Source: Eledone cirrhosa (lineage: Eukaryota). Taken from it: DNA of 64,000 nucleotides. Below the pieces are notes generated by a model that had not been told where the DNA came from, ran no database searches, and saw only the letters and a list, made by a program, of their open reading frames with translations. Numbering within the stretch: position 1 is the first letter of the stretch; each line of letters opens with the position of its first letter. The position numbers were made by a program, and so were the translations under genes. The stretch lies in contig OZ024743.1 of assembly GCA_964016885.1 (NCBI GenBank), positions 202,368,001 through 202,432,000 of the forward strand, in the 5' to 3' direction. This document shows, one piece after another, positions 39,101 to 53,910 of the stretch.

Positions 39101-39269
39101 TAATTAATATAACAGATGATGCTCAGCCAGTTCGTCTTCAACCATCGCAGCACGGCGTCGCTGCTTGGCTCCAGTGTTTCTTTAGCGTTGTTCAGCCAGC
39201 TCCTCTTCATTCATGGCGGCACTTCTTCGCCTCTGAAGTTCGGCGTTCCGATGGCGCTGTTCAGCCCGT

Positions 39270-39872
39270 TTTTCTTTATTGCTGGCTGCACGCCGTCGCC
39301 GCTGTAGTTCACTGTTTGATAAAGTCGAATAGCTTTTATTATCAGTATACATTTCGTACAATTGTCAAAAAATGACACAATAATAAATATAAAAGATGTC
39401 CGTCAATGTAAAAAAAAGTCCCTATTTACTCGCTTCACAAGTCTGTGTATGTTAGACTGACAGACAGGCACACAGACAGATAAACTGCGTGGCGATTGTG
39501 GAACGTCCCACATATACACACATACACGCAAGGAAACGCGCACATGCACGCGCAAACTTACACACGCACCTGTGTACTTACACACACTTACACACTCACA
39601 CATGTTGAGAGATTTTACTTTCTGTGGAACGCTGCACGCACGCACGCACACATAAGCATACGCGCACGTACATACACACGCACACATGGTAATAGTTATA
39701 GCGTTCACTTTGCCTCTCTGTTTCTTACTCTCCCCTCTCACTCCCTCATTGGCATTATGCGTATTAATTTATGTTTGGCGTCGTTGAGGTGGGCGGAGTC
39801 GTTTGAAATCTATGAACCAATGATAATCTAGAATTATTATGACACACGGAATACTGACGTTGTTGAAATTAA

Positions 39873-39878
<6 letters not shown>
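39270..39878 (-). mobile_element. Second copy of the 38190-38735 Helitron body
   Basis: Direct homology (gctgcacgccgtcgccgctg...gacacacggaatactgacgtt). Confidence 0.7.
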
Positions 39879-39969
<91 letters not shown>

Positions 39970-40106
39970 CGAAGGAAATGTGGTAAGGAACCAAGTGGAC
40001 CATAACGCACCAAAGTACTCAATACTTAGGGTAGTAGAGTGGGTAATAGGAACGAGTAGGACCGCGACGGCTGAGCTCAAGCCGTTTCGACGGGGTCCTA
40101 CTCGTT

Positions 40107-40156
<50 letters not shown>

Positions 40157-40654
40157 CGTGTGTGTATGCGTGTGTATGTGTAACTGTATGTGTGTATAAA
40201 AAGATCCCCCTTCCGTCAAGAATGACTAACGGATTTGTACCTTGAAAGTTCGCTTCATTGGCACATGTCCGGGCAATGCTATCTATGGAAGACTAACAGT
40301 CGCCCATGCATACCAGGCTCTCCGCTCCAAGCCACCGAGGTTGACCAAGGATTAGCTAAGGTTTTTACTACGTTGAACGTGAGAGGTCACAACTCATTTC
40401 TATAGATGAGTGAAAGGCAGCCCACTGAGGAAATCGAACTCACAACCTAAGGATTGTAAGCCCAACTCTTAAACCAAAAGAACAAGTGCCTTCACGGATA
40501 CACATACACACACACACACACTTACACCCACAAACACCTACACAATCACACCCAAACACACACCCACACCCACACAGATATATATATGTTTTTTTTATAT
40601 ATTCAATCCAGAGACTTTTCAGTCCACCCGGATGAACACCTCCCTGATTGACCT

Positions 40655-40740
40655 CCAACGTTTTCTGTTTTGGTTTTGGTCATGTGATGTATGTAGCAGA
40701 ACTCACCACGCGTGGTCAATTGCGATTTGGTGAAGCATAT
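40655..40740 (+). pseudogene. Highly decayed Penelope GIY-YIG fragment
   Basis: SNVFCF...MYVAELTTRGQLRFGE resembles SNLVY...YVGQTGRRLADRFTEH. Confidence 0.4.
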
Positions 40741-40898
40741 ATATATATATTGAAATATCCAAGACACCGAGGAGATAACTGACGAGGAAAACTCCCCGTT
40801 CTTGCTTTCTTCTTACTCTCATTCCATTTTTAAACCAAACTTAACTAGCAACTACACAGCCGCCATATTCTCTGCCTGCCCCCCTCTCTCTCTCTCTA

Positions 40899-40958
<60 letters not shown>

Positions 40959-41028
40959 CATATTTATATATATATGTAATATATATATATATATATATAT
41001 ACATATGTACATATATATACATATATAC

Positions 41029-41079
<51 letters not shown>

Positions 41080-41082
<3 letters not shown>

Positions 41083-41762
41083 AAATGGGGAGAATAATAC
41101 TGCTGGTTGCACATGGATAACATGTAATAAAATAAGTCCCTCATCAGTGATTTGCCGACGATCATAGATATTTCATTGCATTAAAAATCATATACCTCAC
41201 GTCGGTGCAATAATAACTAAATTAAGTTATTAGGACAATTAAAACGGGTAAAGCGAGTGAAACAAGATAACAACAAAGAGGAGAGCTAACCGTAGAAGGA
41301 AGGGAACAAGCTTCATAGTTATTCTGTTAGCATAAGCTAGGTGAATATATGAGCGCTTAGAAAAAAGACCTTTCAGGAGCGAATTCAAATGTGAGAAGAG
41401 AGAAAATGATTTCGTCGCGAACGGGGTGAAGTGAGAAGAGGAGAAATAGTGAGTGAGTGAGTGGAAGTGTGAGGAAGAGTTAACTGACATGACAGAGGGG
41501 GCGAAAGAAAGTAGGAGAAACAGAGAGAGCGAGGGAGCAGAAAGAGAGAGAGAGAAAAAAACAGAATCGCAGTTTAGGTAAATATATGTGAAAACATGGG
41601 GAGAAGAATACTGCTGGTTGCACATGGATAACATGTAATAAAATAAGTCCCTCATCAGTGATTTGCCGACGATCATAAATATTTCATTGCATTAAAAATC
41701 ATATACCTCACGTCGGTGCAATAATAACTAAATTAAGTTATTAGGACAATTAAAACGCGTAA
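41080..41762 (-). repeat. ~170 bp direct repeats (period 511) with a CTGATGA half-hammerhead; related fragment at 57405-57475
   Basis: tgctggttgcacatggataacatg at 41101 and 41612. Confidence 0.75.
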
Positions 41763-41935
41763 AATATATATATATATATATATATATAAGTATATATATA
41801 TAATTTTATCCCAGGGATCAATCGGGGGTAACGCCAATAAGTAAGGTACTCAAACATAGCAGAGTAGATATGGCTTCTACAGGACTAGAACAGAATGAGA
41901 CAGTTCTAGTCCTGTAGAAGCCATTTCTATATTAA

Positions 41936-41999
<64 letters not shown>

Positions 42000-44797
42000 G
42001 TGTGAGTATTGGAAAGTATAAATACACACACAAACACACACATATATATATATACATATATACATGTGTGTGTATGTACTTTACACTATGCACAGAAAAT
42101 ATTTGTTCTTCTCTTGTGATTTTAGGTAATGTCGAGATTCTTCTGAAGTGTCAAATTGAAACCCATTTACCGGGATTTAGTAAACTACAAACGACAAATC
42201 AACGATTCAACGTTGATTTTCAATGTCTCTACATTGTAAAATAACACCCACCATCTATTACTTTAGTGAGGATAGCTTTCTCTTTCTTTCTCTCTCTCTC
42301 TCTCTCTCCCGCTATTATCACTTACAAAGTATCTCACTCTGTGGATAAATATGCATGAATATATAACACTACACTTTCTATTTATATATTTCATATATAT
42401 ATATGTATATATATATGTGCGTGTGTGTCTGTGTGTATGTGTGTGTGTGTGTGTGTGTGCGCGTGTGTGTGTGCGTGTGTGGGGGTGTAAGATTGTATAC
42501 TTATAACTGTAACTGACGATACCGGAAGTCGTGTCCTACAGACTACTCACATTGATTTTGAAGCATCCATTTTAAGTGAGAAAGCCGATAACTCTACAGA
42601 ACTTGGCTTTGGATTATTCTTTGGCAAATGGTTTTTCCCATTTCTTCTTAGATCATATGATGCAGTTTTCTTGGTAAGCACACGGAAACATACACGCGTG
42701 TACATATAGATGTCTTACACACACATATATACATACATGAAACATAAACTGAAAATAACTCACACACACACACACAAACACGCCAGTACAGTTACACACA
42801 GTCATACACACACTCATATATATATATATATATGTACATATATATGTGTGTGCGTGTGTGTGTGTATATGTGTATGGGTGTATGTGTGTGTGTGTGTGTT
42901 TGTGTGCTCTTATAATCTTTTTTGTGCTTTAGTCCAGTAAATTGACTGCCGCCATGCTGTTGGAATGTATGTGTGTGTGTGTGCGTGTCTGCGTGTGTGT
43001 GTGTGTAATTATTGGTGAACAAATGTATGCTAGTCCGTTTGTATGTTTAAATTTGTGTTTGTGTCTATAATTACGTCCTGTAACTTAGCACTTCAACACA
43101 AAATATTTCGATAAAAATGTATTAGATTTAGAAAAATGATTACAAGGATTGGTGTGATCGACTGAATCAAGACAGTGTCCCAACATTGCCGTAATCTAAA
43201 CAGAAAACGAGCAGAATTGTAAAATATTGACAGATGCGTGAAAGCGAATGGGTTTGTTTGTGTAGGTGATTTCAGCGTAAATGTATTAGCTGGTGTGTAT
43301 GTGTAAGGGAGATTGTTGATGTTTGAAGGCATATTGTAGCGAGATATGAAGGCGTTGTGTAAAAGAAATCTAAATATGTTGATGTTCATTCAATTTTCAT
43401 CATTATTGATGACTACATGAATGAATAGAGAATTATGGGAATTGGCGCTAGATAATTTAGATTCTTTAGAATTCTTTGAAAAATAGCGACATCGGATTTA
43501 CAGCAGAGGATTATCATAGTTATTCAATGTTTGTGTTAAAATGTCGACCAAACAGAATGGAGATTATTTAACAAATGCTTAAGTGTCGTTACCATGGAGA
43601 GTACTCTGTGTCAGCTAAAGAGGAAAAAAGTAATGGTTCACGTGACATATTGTCTGCAGAAATTTAATGAATTTCTAATCTTTGCCTGTCCATAAGAATT
43701 AATATAGTTTTCCCAACTTACGATGATAAATCGTAGCTTGAGTTGGGGATTTCTTAGTTAATTCTATCAAGAGATTTAACAACATAGATACACTTTGTCT
43801 CGTGGAGGTCACCAAATAACTAGACTGCCATTTTTAGCTCATGTGATAAACAACCGTATATGAAACGAACCAACGAGGTAGACAGGAAGACATTTCCTCG
43901 CCGTATGATATCCAAGAGATAGCGGCCAAAACTCATTCCAATCACAGCTCTCTTCCCTAAGCAATGCCGCATTAAACCATGTGGTCTAGTTTACCCCACC
44001 TATAGGAGACGGGCTAGACAAAAACGGAATCTCTTTAATTATAGACCAAGACTGGTATGGTACTAAACAACTACAACAACAGCCAGAACGTCAGAAGTTG
44101 AACTGTGGTCCTCTATAAGATGATTAAATTGGTCTACTTGAATCATAGATCAGTGGTTCGCAAATAATCATTTAAACGATTTACTTTGACATATATACGT
44201 TCAATTTAGTTTGACAGAAAGTGAAATTATTGATAAAATCATTTCAGAGAAATTTCCCAGTTTTCCATTTTTAGGGTCGAGTTCTCCACAATCATGTCAC
44301 ACTTTAAACGACAGATACATTTTCGAGGAAAATGCAACTTCCAGTTAAATAGTTCAATAAATACATTCTCATCAGCCATATAAACCCGATCAAGCATGAG
44401 CAATCTTCGGCGCTAGGGTCACAGGTAAATCTCTATGACTTTTTTTACGCGTATAACCGTCCTTTAAATCTGAAGCATTGCGCCTAGGGTAGAAATTAAT
44501 GTTACAATAATATTTAATTTATGTTTATTTGAATTAATGCAATCATGAGACATATGCCTGTTCATCGTTAAAACTTTACAAATCGTAATAATTCCGTAGA
44601 CACATATCACCCTATACCATGAGACAGAACATTTCCTAGATAGATTTACAATAAAGAGAATAAGAAAGCGAACTAAGAAGATTACGAAAAGTAATAACAA
44701 TTGGACATTTCAGAGAAAAACACACTAACAATGTCAAGAGATTTATTGTCCATTAAGTACTCTCCCACTACACATACACACACACACACACACACAT

Positions 44798-44875
<78 letters not shown>

Positions 44876-45134
44876 TCAAACAAACACAAACACACATAGA
44901 CACACAAATATAATTGGGTGACAATGTGTGTGTGTTTTTGTCTGTTTTTGTATGCTAGTGTGCAGCGATGCAAATGTTTCCAGATTTGTATTAATTCTAC
45001 ACCAAGCAATCTTTTCAACAGCATACTGGAGTCACAAAAGCTTAATATAATAGAAATATAAAAACAAATAAAATAAAATCATAATTAAGTAAATAGAAAT
45101 ATTATAGAAAAAGGAAATTTTATTTCTTATTATT

Positions 45135-45365
45135 GGGAAGTCGGCAAATTGGCAGTGTCGGTAGGGCGTCGGGCAACAGGCTTCGTATGTAGCTTATGGT
45201 TTATAACTCTTTAGGTTCTGTGTTCAAATCCCACCGAGGTTAGCTCTGCCATTTATCGATACGGTGTCAATGAAATAGAGTACCAATAACGCAGAGGGTC
45301 GTTTTAATCAACTTTGCCTTCCCCAAAAATTGTTGGCTTTTTGCCCAAATCAGAAGCTATTATTA
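45135..45365 (+). mobile_element. Diverged OK-like SINE
   Basis: ttggcagtgtcggtag...gttcaaatcccaccgaggttag. Confidence 0.65.
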
Positions 45366-45461
45366 TCTCGTTCATTAGCTTTGTTGGTTCTGTCTGTGTA
45401 CGGGAAAGTCCCAAAGAGTCGTTACATATTCTCCCTCACTTACATCCTGAGGGTGATGCTT

Positions 45462-45820
45462 TTACCATCTGTCAGCAGTTTTGATTTTATAATGCTTACA
45501 TATTAACCAGTGTAGAAAATAGTCAAATCTGGCATACCGTGACTTATACTCTACTGGTACTAAAATTGTACATCCATAGATTAAGTTTTCCAATTTTTCA
45601 ATCTCATCATTGCAGAATCGGTACTTTGCATCAACTCCATTTCTCATCACACTGATTTGATAGTTCCATGTTTATAAGCTTTGATCTTGAGCAGCTATGA
45701 TGAAGCTTTCACTCACTGCCTTTAACTATGCGCCTTGAGCTAAGTAGCCACTGATTGGTTTGCTTCAGATCAATAACAGCTTGTTTGCTACAAGTCATAT
45801 ATTTGCTATGCAGAGGTTTC
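45462..45820 (-). mobile_element. Decayed R4/Dong-like LINE fragment
   Basis: LHSKY...NQWL...FIIAAQDQSL...RFCNDEIE...GC...HWLICKHY. Confidence 0.7.
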
Positions 45821-45844
45821 TCTTCCAACCCTAAGCCGCCTTGA

Positions 45845-46085
45845 ATGGGAGGCTTATCGGTAGTGCTGTTTAAGAATGGCCTGGATATTGAGGTAAGAAC
45901 GATCTTCTTGGAATCAGATGATAAGCTGGTGGCGCTGGAGGTGAGCAATAATGCGGATGTTTCCTTTAGTTTGGTGGTCCTCTGCACTCCAACCGGGGCT
46001 GTATGGTCGGATATCTTAAAGCGTCATGAAGCCTTTCTAGGAATGTCTTGCACTTTACTGTTAGTGGGGGGATGGAACGGCCCCT
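45845..46085 (+). mobile_element. Tx1-type AP-endonuclease fragment
   Basis: LFKNGLDIEVRTIF...LVALEV...FLG...LLLVGGWN aligns with ORF 30866-31684. Confidence 0.75.
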
Positions 46086-48157
46086 AATGATCAAAAGGCA
46101 TTCCAGTCTTTTGTTTGTTTTTATATAAAATTACAAATGTAATAAACCATGTCTCCTTTTCCTTTTTACAACGATATGGGAGTATCTATGATCGATAGGA
46201 CAAATATTACTATCAGGTAAAATGACCACATTGTGCTTCCTGAATTTGCTCGTAATCTTTACATATTGATTCGTGGAAAAAAATATCTACTTACCAGATG
46301 CGATCTTAACTCCCTTATTTGTGGTTCAAAACACGTAATATCTGTATTAAGTTTCTTCGACCAATGTGTCATTTTCATAGTATAGTCCACTAAATTAGAC
46401 TACCGTTCTATGTAGGGAACACATATGTTTGTTTGTTGTTGTTTTTTTCCAACTGTTTAACGCTACTGAAAAGGAAATTATCTTACATTCCTAAAGGAGA
46501 TGTTGATACGTGAAAACGATTAACGTTTGAGTTTGGAAAGCTGAAGTGTGATTACCAATTCCTATTTAATTAGACGTTCTTATAAATTAATTACGGATCG
46601 ATTTATGTAATTAAATACCAATTTAATCAAATTATTTGACGGCGGGAGAATAACTGGTAATTACGCAGCTGGTTTACTCTGGAGACTTTCCCTATTCTTT
46701 GCCAAACGCTGAATAATTTCTCATAATACAATTAAAACACTTAAGATCTTTAATTCGTCAGCAGGTTTTAAGTGTTAATAGTTAGCTTTGTTTTCTCAGC
46801 ATTAGGTGACGGAGAGATAAATGATATTCTGGATAAGAAGCCACCTATTTATATGTAATATTCACAGGTGATCTGGTACCGATTTTTACTATGACATTTT
46901 AAAGTGAGTTGTCTAGGTTTACTGGCCAACAGCCCAGTTCAGCTCGCTGAAAGGATGTAATGTAGATTAGAATACCTCATCAGTTGTAGCAGCCGCAGTA
47001 GCAGTAGCAATGATGAGGAACCCATTGATACATATTTACCTCACAGTTTAGTTTCCTCTATGAACAGTACACGGGGATCATATTTTAATTCTAAAGGCGG
47101 TCGTTTTGCTATAGATATTTGATCCCTACGTCTGCATTCTGAGTACAAATCTCGCTGAACTTCACTTTTACTTTTATCCTTTTGGTGTCGCTAAATAAAG
47201 TACGACCGTGTGTGTGTGTGTGTGTGTGTGTGTTTCGTGAAGTAAATTGACCTTAGTATTTGAGACCATGGAAAATAACCTTGCGACTTGGTATATGAAA
47301 TTTTAAAAAACTGCTTATGACTTTTAAATACGGATAGGATTTCCATCCAATCACCACATACAAAAACTAATTCATCAACGAAGTTTTTCTAGAAGGATTT
47401 GAACTTAGTAACGAAAATCCACGGCAATATTTAAATATATAAGAATCTTACAAGAATCACCAATATTCTGCTCATAGTAACTAGAAACCACACCGAAACT
47501 GACCGGGAAAATAATTTATTAAATGTATTTTAGTTTTGACGCCTCTGAACAACAACATTTTCGGACAATTTTTTTGAAAAAAGTTGGTAGTTTAAGTCAT
47601 CATTCTCGTTAGAGCTTATAGATCTATCTATTCATTTATTTATTCAACTATCTATGTCTCTGCCGTTCTATCGGCTAATTATATTCCATCGATCAAATTA
47701 AAAATTGAGAAAAGCAATTATATTTCGATAAATATAAAGATAGGTTACAAGCGATACTTATAGCATAGATCAATGATAATTTCAAAACAAATAATGTCAA
47801 ATTAATCAGTAGAGACAATTATCAAACAAGTTGAAAAGGTTAACAACTTACAAAGCGGACTGCGTTTAAAATTTCATTCATTTCATTTCGATAAATAATG
47901 AACGATATGAAACTAATTATGACAGTTATCAATATTGCTAAGCAAAATGGAAATTTGTAATCTAAAGAAGACTTAAATGAGGTAATTTTTAGAGGAGTTT
48001 GTTGATCACTTGATAGCATAGTCTGTTAGAGCAGCTTCCACAATTACAGACAGAAATACAATGGAGAAGGGAGAGATTAGGAGAGAGGGATGGAGAGAGA
48101 AGTTCGGAGAAATGTATAGAATTTGCAAGTTCGCTAGTGTGAAATCACGTCAGAGAC

Positions 48158-48250
<93 letters not shown>

Positions 48251-48261
48251 TATATATATGA

Positions 48262-48410
48262 AAGTCGGGATGTTTGTTTACAAGCTCACCGAGCATTATA
48301 ATAAATGTTCGGTGAATCCATACGTACATATATATATATGTGTGCATGTATGTATATATATACATACTACTGTACGTCTGTATACATATATGTATGTACG
48401 TGTACATACT
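48262..48410. repeat. Partial copy of family H (see 54599-55325)
   Basis: accgagcattataataaatgttcggt...catactactgtacgtctgtatac. Confidence 0.75.
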
Positions 48411-48552
<142 letters not shown>

Positions 48553-49906
48553 AAGAAAGAAAGAGAGAGAGAGAGAAAGAGAGTGAGTGAGAGAAAGAGA
48601 GAGAGAGAGTGTGAGTGTATAAGAAAATTAACCTATAGTTAGAAGCTTTAACGCAGTCTCATATTTTTCTATGAAAGTTTGTCTAACAAACTGGGTGTAA
48701 AACCAACTGAACGGAATCAAGATGACAGAGTCGCCCATAGGGCACAAACTCACAAAGATCCATTTTTAGTGACGAAGGAAGTGGCGGTACTGAGGCTACA
48801 AGAGCCCGATGGGCTGCTCAGTGTAAGCGAAAGAGGAAAAAGGAAAAGGAAGAGGAATGGGAGTGGGAGGAAGTGAGAAGAAGAGATAAAGGGAAAACAG
48901 AAAAGAGGTACAACTACCTATGTATGCTGGGGTTTCCCTTATCTTGTTTGGCAAGATGGGAAAAGAAGGTTGTTACAGCCATTGTCTACCCACCACCCAG
49001 GTCATGAGGGGATTTGAGGGTGAGCTAAGTCCTACACAATCGGTGTTTACATGCGGTTACAAGTTCGTCTTTTTTGTTTAGGAGTTGGTCCTTCGTAAAC
49101 AGCATTTGTATTGTTTTCTCCGAGATTTAAGTTACACGGACAGCGTCCTCCCGTGCAGGAGGTACCCTGGAAAGTAAGCCCCAGGTAAGATGGCATGTGA
49201 TCCTCTTTCGCTTACCCTGAGGCAGCCTATCAAGCTCCTGTAGCCTCAGTACGTCCACCCAACTAAATATTGTATATTATTGGCAGAAAACGCAATACAG
49301 CTAAAAACATAGCAGCTGTTTTAGACTTTAATTGTTTTTTATTATTATACAATTTTTATATATTATTTTTTATTTTTTTTATTTTTATTTCAATTTATTA
49401 ACTTTTACATTTTTTAATTTTATAACTTCCCACTCTCAGATTCCTCCAGAATTCCTTTTTCGCCTGCTTTCTAGCTAGCCTAATTTCATCCACACACCTT
49501 AGAATTTGCTGTATAGAATTCACTTTCAATGCTTGATCGGTGGCACCCACTCCTTCATTGTTTTACAGGCAAGTTCAGCCACCATTCACCCCACCCTAAC
49601 GCCTCAACCACCGCCATGAAAGATTTAATTGTGTTTACAAGAAATGTTGACCAATTCTTTTGACAACTATATTCTTCCTATATATGGAATTACCCCATCA
49701 ACAGTTGGGCTATTTATTACCACGCTAAAAATCTAATCTAGTCCAGAAATAGCCGTCGAAAAGGCTTGAGCTCTGCCATCGGGGTCTTGAATATTTTCCT
49801 AAATATATTTATATATATATATATATATATAAGTATTGATGTTTCCGTTGAAAATTGAAAAAGTCATAGGAGTGAAGAGTGCTCTATGTAAGTACCAGAG
49901 CTAAAT

Positions 49907-50009
<103 letters not shown>

Positions 50010-50016
50010 TATATAT

Positions 50017-50679
50017 ATACATTATGAAGAGAGAAGAAACATTTAGATATAATTAGTAATAAAATGTATCATACCTAAACTGCTCCTAAATTCCTCGACT
50101 ACGTAGTTTCGTGGCATAAACAAAAACAATATATCATAAAGATATAGTGTCCCTGCGAGGTCTGCCGACTTATCAAGAGGATACCTCATTTTACTAGTCT
50201 CAAGAACGCGTCTACACGACGTGAGAAAGAATCCCAAAAGGCGGAGGGGGAGATAGTCACGCGATATAACGGTCGAGAAACAGAGCTAAGCCTCTTATAA
50301 CCTCGAAGAAAATACCACGGAGGCGGAGGGGGTATTTATATCGAGGCCGCAGAAGAGGTGGTGAAGAAGGCGAGAAGTATGAGTAATGGAAGCTTTCCAG
50401 CTGTCCCCACACTTCAAAGATTGCTCGACCAGAGGGGGTTATTAACAATATATTTAGAAACACACAGATACATGCGGACACACACATATATACATGAATG
50501 CATCCGCACCCAACTGTGAGTTTAGGGTGCCAACTTCACCGATGTTGCTCAATGAATGACTGGGACAGACCAATTCAGTTGAACTAGACTGAACCAGTAT
50601 CAGAGTTAAAAATACATTATGAAGAGAGAAGAAACATTTAGATATAATTAGTAATAAAATGTATCATACCTAAACTGCT

Positions 50680-50683
<4 letters not shown>
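50017..50683 (-). mobile_element. Terminally redundant 595-bp unit with hammerhead (retrozyme/pLTR-like)
   Basis: attatgaagagagaagaaac...tgctccta at 50021 and 50616; flanked by (TA)n. Confidence 0.75.
50092..50181 (-). ncRNA. Type I hammerhead, U3-A8 core variant, extended stem II
   Basis: tcctc-TTGATAA-gtcggca...tgccac-GAAA-ctacgtag-TC-gagga. Confidence 0.72.
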
Positions 50684-50731
<48 letters not shown>

Positions 50732-50804
50732 TATATATATATATATAGATATATATATACGTTTTGGAATAACCAAAGAGTGCTTAGAAATACATTGTTT
50801 TATT

Positions 50805-50851
50805 AGCTAACAATGTTTCATCCGTACCCTAAGGCAGGAATCATCAGAGCC
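50805..50851 (-). ncRNA. Type I hammerhead ribozyme
   Basis: ggct-CTGATGA-ttcctgcc ttag ggtacggat-GAAA-cattg-TT-agct. Confidence 0.7.
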
Positions 50852-50954
50852 TATAAACAAGAGTCTATCAATAGTTGCATGCTCCGTCAAGCTGCATCAC
50901 CAGAACAAGGGCAATACATCTGCGTGTCTGGGCACATTGATATATTTGTCATCG

Positions 50955-51045
<91 letters not shown>

Positions 51046-51365
51046 AGGGCGTATAAGGCAGAGTTACTGTATAATCATTTTTTTCATTACCACTGAAAGG
51101 ATCTGATTGATACAAATGGAACCTTGAGCTGATCGGTGGCAAAACGCACGTCACGAAGGAGTAACGACTCATCCTTGTTTTATTTTATTTTATGTTTTAT
51201 TTTATTTTATTTTATATATATATACTTGCAGAATGACCCGGCGCTGCTCTGGATTTGCTCTAGGGTTCTTATATATTTGATATATATTTATACATATCGA
51301 GCCTCGTGAAATAAATACGTTTGATTATATTTTGTTGTTGTGTAAGCAATAATATCTGTACACGA

Positions 51366-51441
<76 letters not shown>

Positions 51442-51633
51442 TATATATATATAACAGCAGAGAGAAGTACGGAATACATCGGCCTCGTGATGATGTCTAC
51501 GTTTTGTGCTTATAAAAAGAATTCTGCGTAGTTTACCAGGGTTATATTCCATGTGAAAAAAATCAATACTTTATCGCAAAATAAATATTTTTGTTTATAT
51601 TGTATTATTGTGTATGCAAAAATATCTGTACAC

Positions 51634-51671
<38 letters not shown>

Positions 51672-51797
51672 TAAAATAACAGATTAAAGTTTAAGCAAAA
51701 AATTGATGCTTTCACCCTTAAGGGGATCTTCTGAAACTAAAATAAAAACATCAATCTGTGAACGCAGAAGTAAATATTTATTTCGAAAAACGTTACA

Positions 51798-51854
<57 letters not shown>

Positions 51855-51914
51855 ATATATACACTATTCTTTGCTTAAACTTTAATCTGTTATTTTAATA
51901 AATATATATATATA

Positions 51915-51957
<43 letters not shown>

Positions 51958-52159
51958 ATATATATATGTGTGTAGGAGGTGAGTTTTATTGTAGTACAAT
52001 AAAGCAATGCAGATATGGGATAAGTAGCACTCTACAGTTTGTAGGACTGGAGTATAAATAATAATATATAAGAACAAAAGATGGTTAAAAGAATTCCATG
52101 TATTTTATTATGCGCATTTCAAAAACAAATATCATTAAGCTTCATATCATGTCTCCCTA

Positions 52160-52226
52160 TTTTATCTGACGAAAACGCAAATGTTATTGCATGATGATAT
52201 TTGTTTATGAAATGCGCATAAGAAAA
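52160..52226 (+). ncRNA. Type I hammerhead in a fold-back element (~52070-52258)
   Basis: ttttat-CTGACGA-aaacgcaaatgttatt...gatgatatttgtttat-GAAA-tgcgca-TA-agaaaa; the inverted arm shows ataaaa, restoring stem I. Confidence 0.65.
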
Positions 52227-52258
52227 TACATGGAGCTCTTTTAACCATCTTTTGATCC

Positions 52259-52337
<79 letters not shown>

Positions 52338-52410
52338 TATATATATATATAGTGTATATATATATATATATATATACATTATGTGTATATATATATAAAT
52401 ATACAATGTG

Positions 52411-52508
<98 letters not shown>

Positions 52509-53024
52509 CACACACACAGAGCTACGTCATAATGTCGTAATACAGACAGCCAGGCATACAGAGCGATATTATAAGGGCGCAACGTTATATCTATGTAACT
52601 ATCTAAAAAGAGAAAGATTAAGAGAAAGAGAAAAACAGATCGCTAAATCGCCTAATGTGGTCCATAGGACATTAAACATTTGAAATTTCTTTTGGTCAAA
52701 ACACTCACAGGAACATAAGTATTACATGTGTAAAGCAGTGGCGAAGGGTAACCTGAAAAGCAGGGCATGCAGTCCAATCGCTATGGCGGAAATTGGGGCT
52801 GTGCAGCCTGTCTTACCCCCCACCTCCCCACCCAATTCACTCTAAATGACCCTCCTGGTCAAAGCCGCATGTAGTGTTATCTAATGTGGGTGGGTGTTAT
52901 CTTTTTATGTGTCTACGATACAGTAAGCAGCCAAAATTATGCTTGCTTCAACCGACGCAATCGATCAACTCATGATTCCATAACGCATGCACTGCATGGG
53001 TTGCATGCACGCACCTTTCGCCCC

Positions 53025-53207
<183 letters not shown>

Positions 53208-53219
53208 AAACCGATATTG

Positions 53220-53498
53220 TTATACCTTGGGAGGGTCATGTTGCCAATAAGAAACACCCGCACCATGGGCTTTCACTCCAATTTATTATAAATTTAAGAA
53301 TTTATAAATTTCCGGTTGGATGGTTGGTTCATTTAATCGTTACCCTATACTACGAGAACTTTGACAATATATGAACAACCGTCCGGTTGTGGTACCAACC
53401 AAACAACCGGGAATTTATAAATTTAATTTATAATAAATTGGAGTGAATGCAACTGGTGTGTGTGTTTCTTATTGGCAACATGACCCTCCCAAAGTATA

Positions 53499-53500
<2 letters not shown>
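53220..53500. repeat. Fold-back element in microsatellites (fragment also at 61215-61250)
   Basis: gggagggtcatgttgccaataagaaacac vs gtgtttcttattggcaacatgaccctccc. Confidence 0.8.
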
Positions 53501-53565
<65 letters not shown>

Positions 53566-53584
53566 TTGATGTATGCATATATAC

Positions 53585-53635
<51 letters not shown>

Positions 53636-53742
53636 GAGAGAGAGAGAGTGAGAGAGAGCAAGATAGAGAGAGAGAGGGCGAGAGAGAAAGAAAGAAAGAG
53701 TGAGAGAGAGAAAAAAAAATATATATATATAATTCCACCCAA

Positions 53743-53910
53743 TAATTGTTTCTACTTTTGGCACAAGGCCAGCAATTACCCAGTACATTACTGGTACTTT
53801 ATTTTATCGACCCCATAAGGATGAAAGGCAAAGTTAACCTCGACGGGATTTGAACTCAGACTGTAAAGGGACGTAACTATGCTAGAAAGCATGGCGTCCA
53901 ACCCTCTACT
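53743..53910 (-). mobile_element. OK-like SINE
   Basis: Homologous to 6345-6533. Confidence 0.85.
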
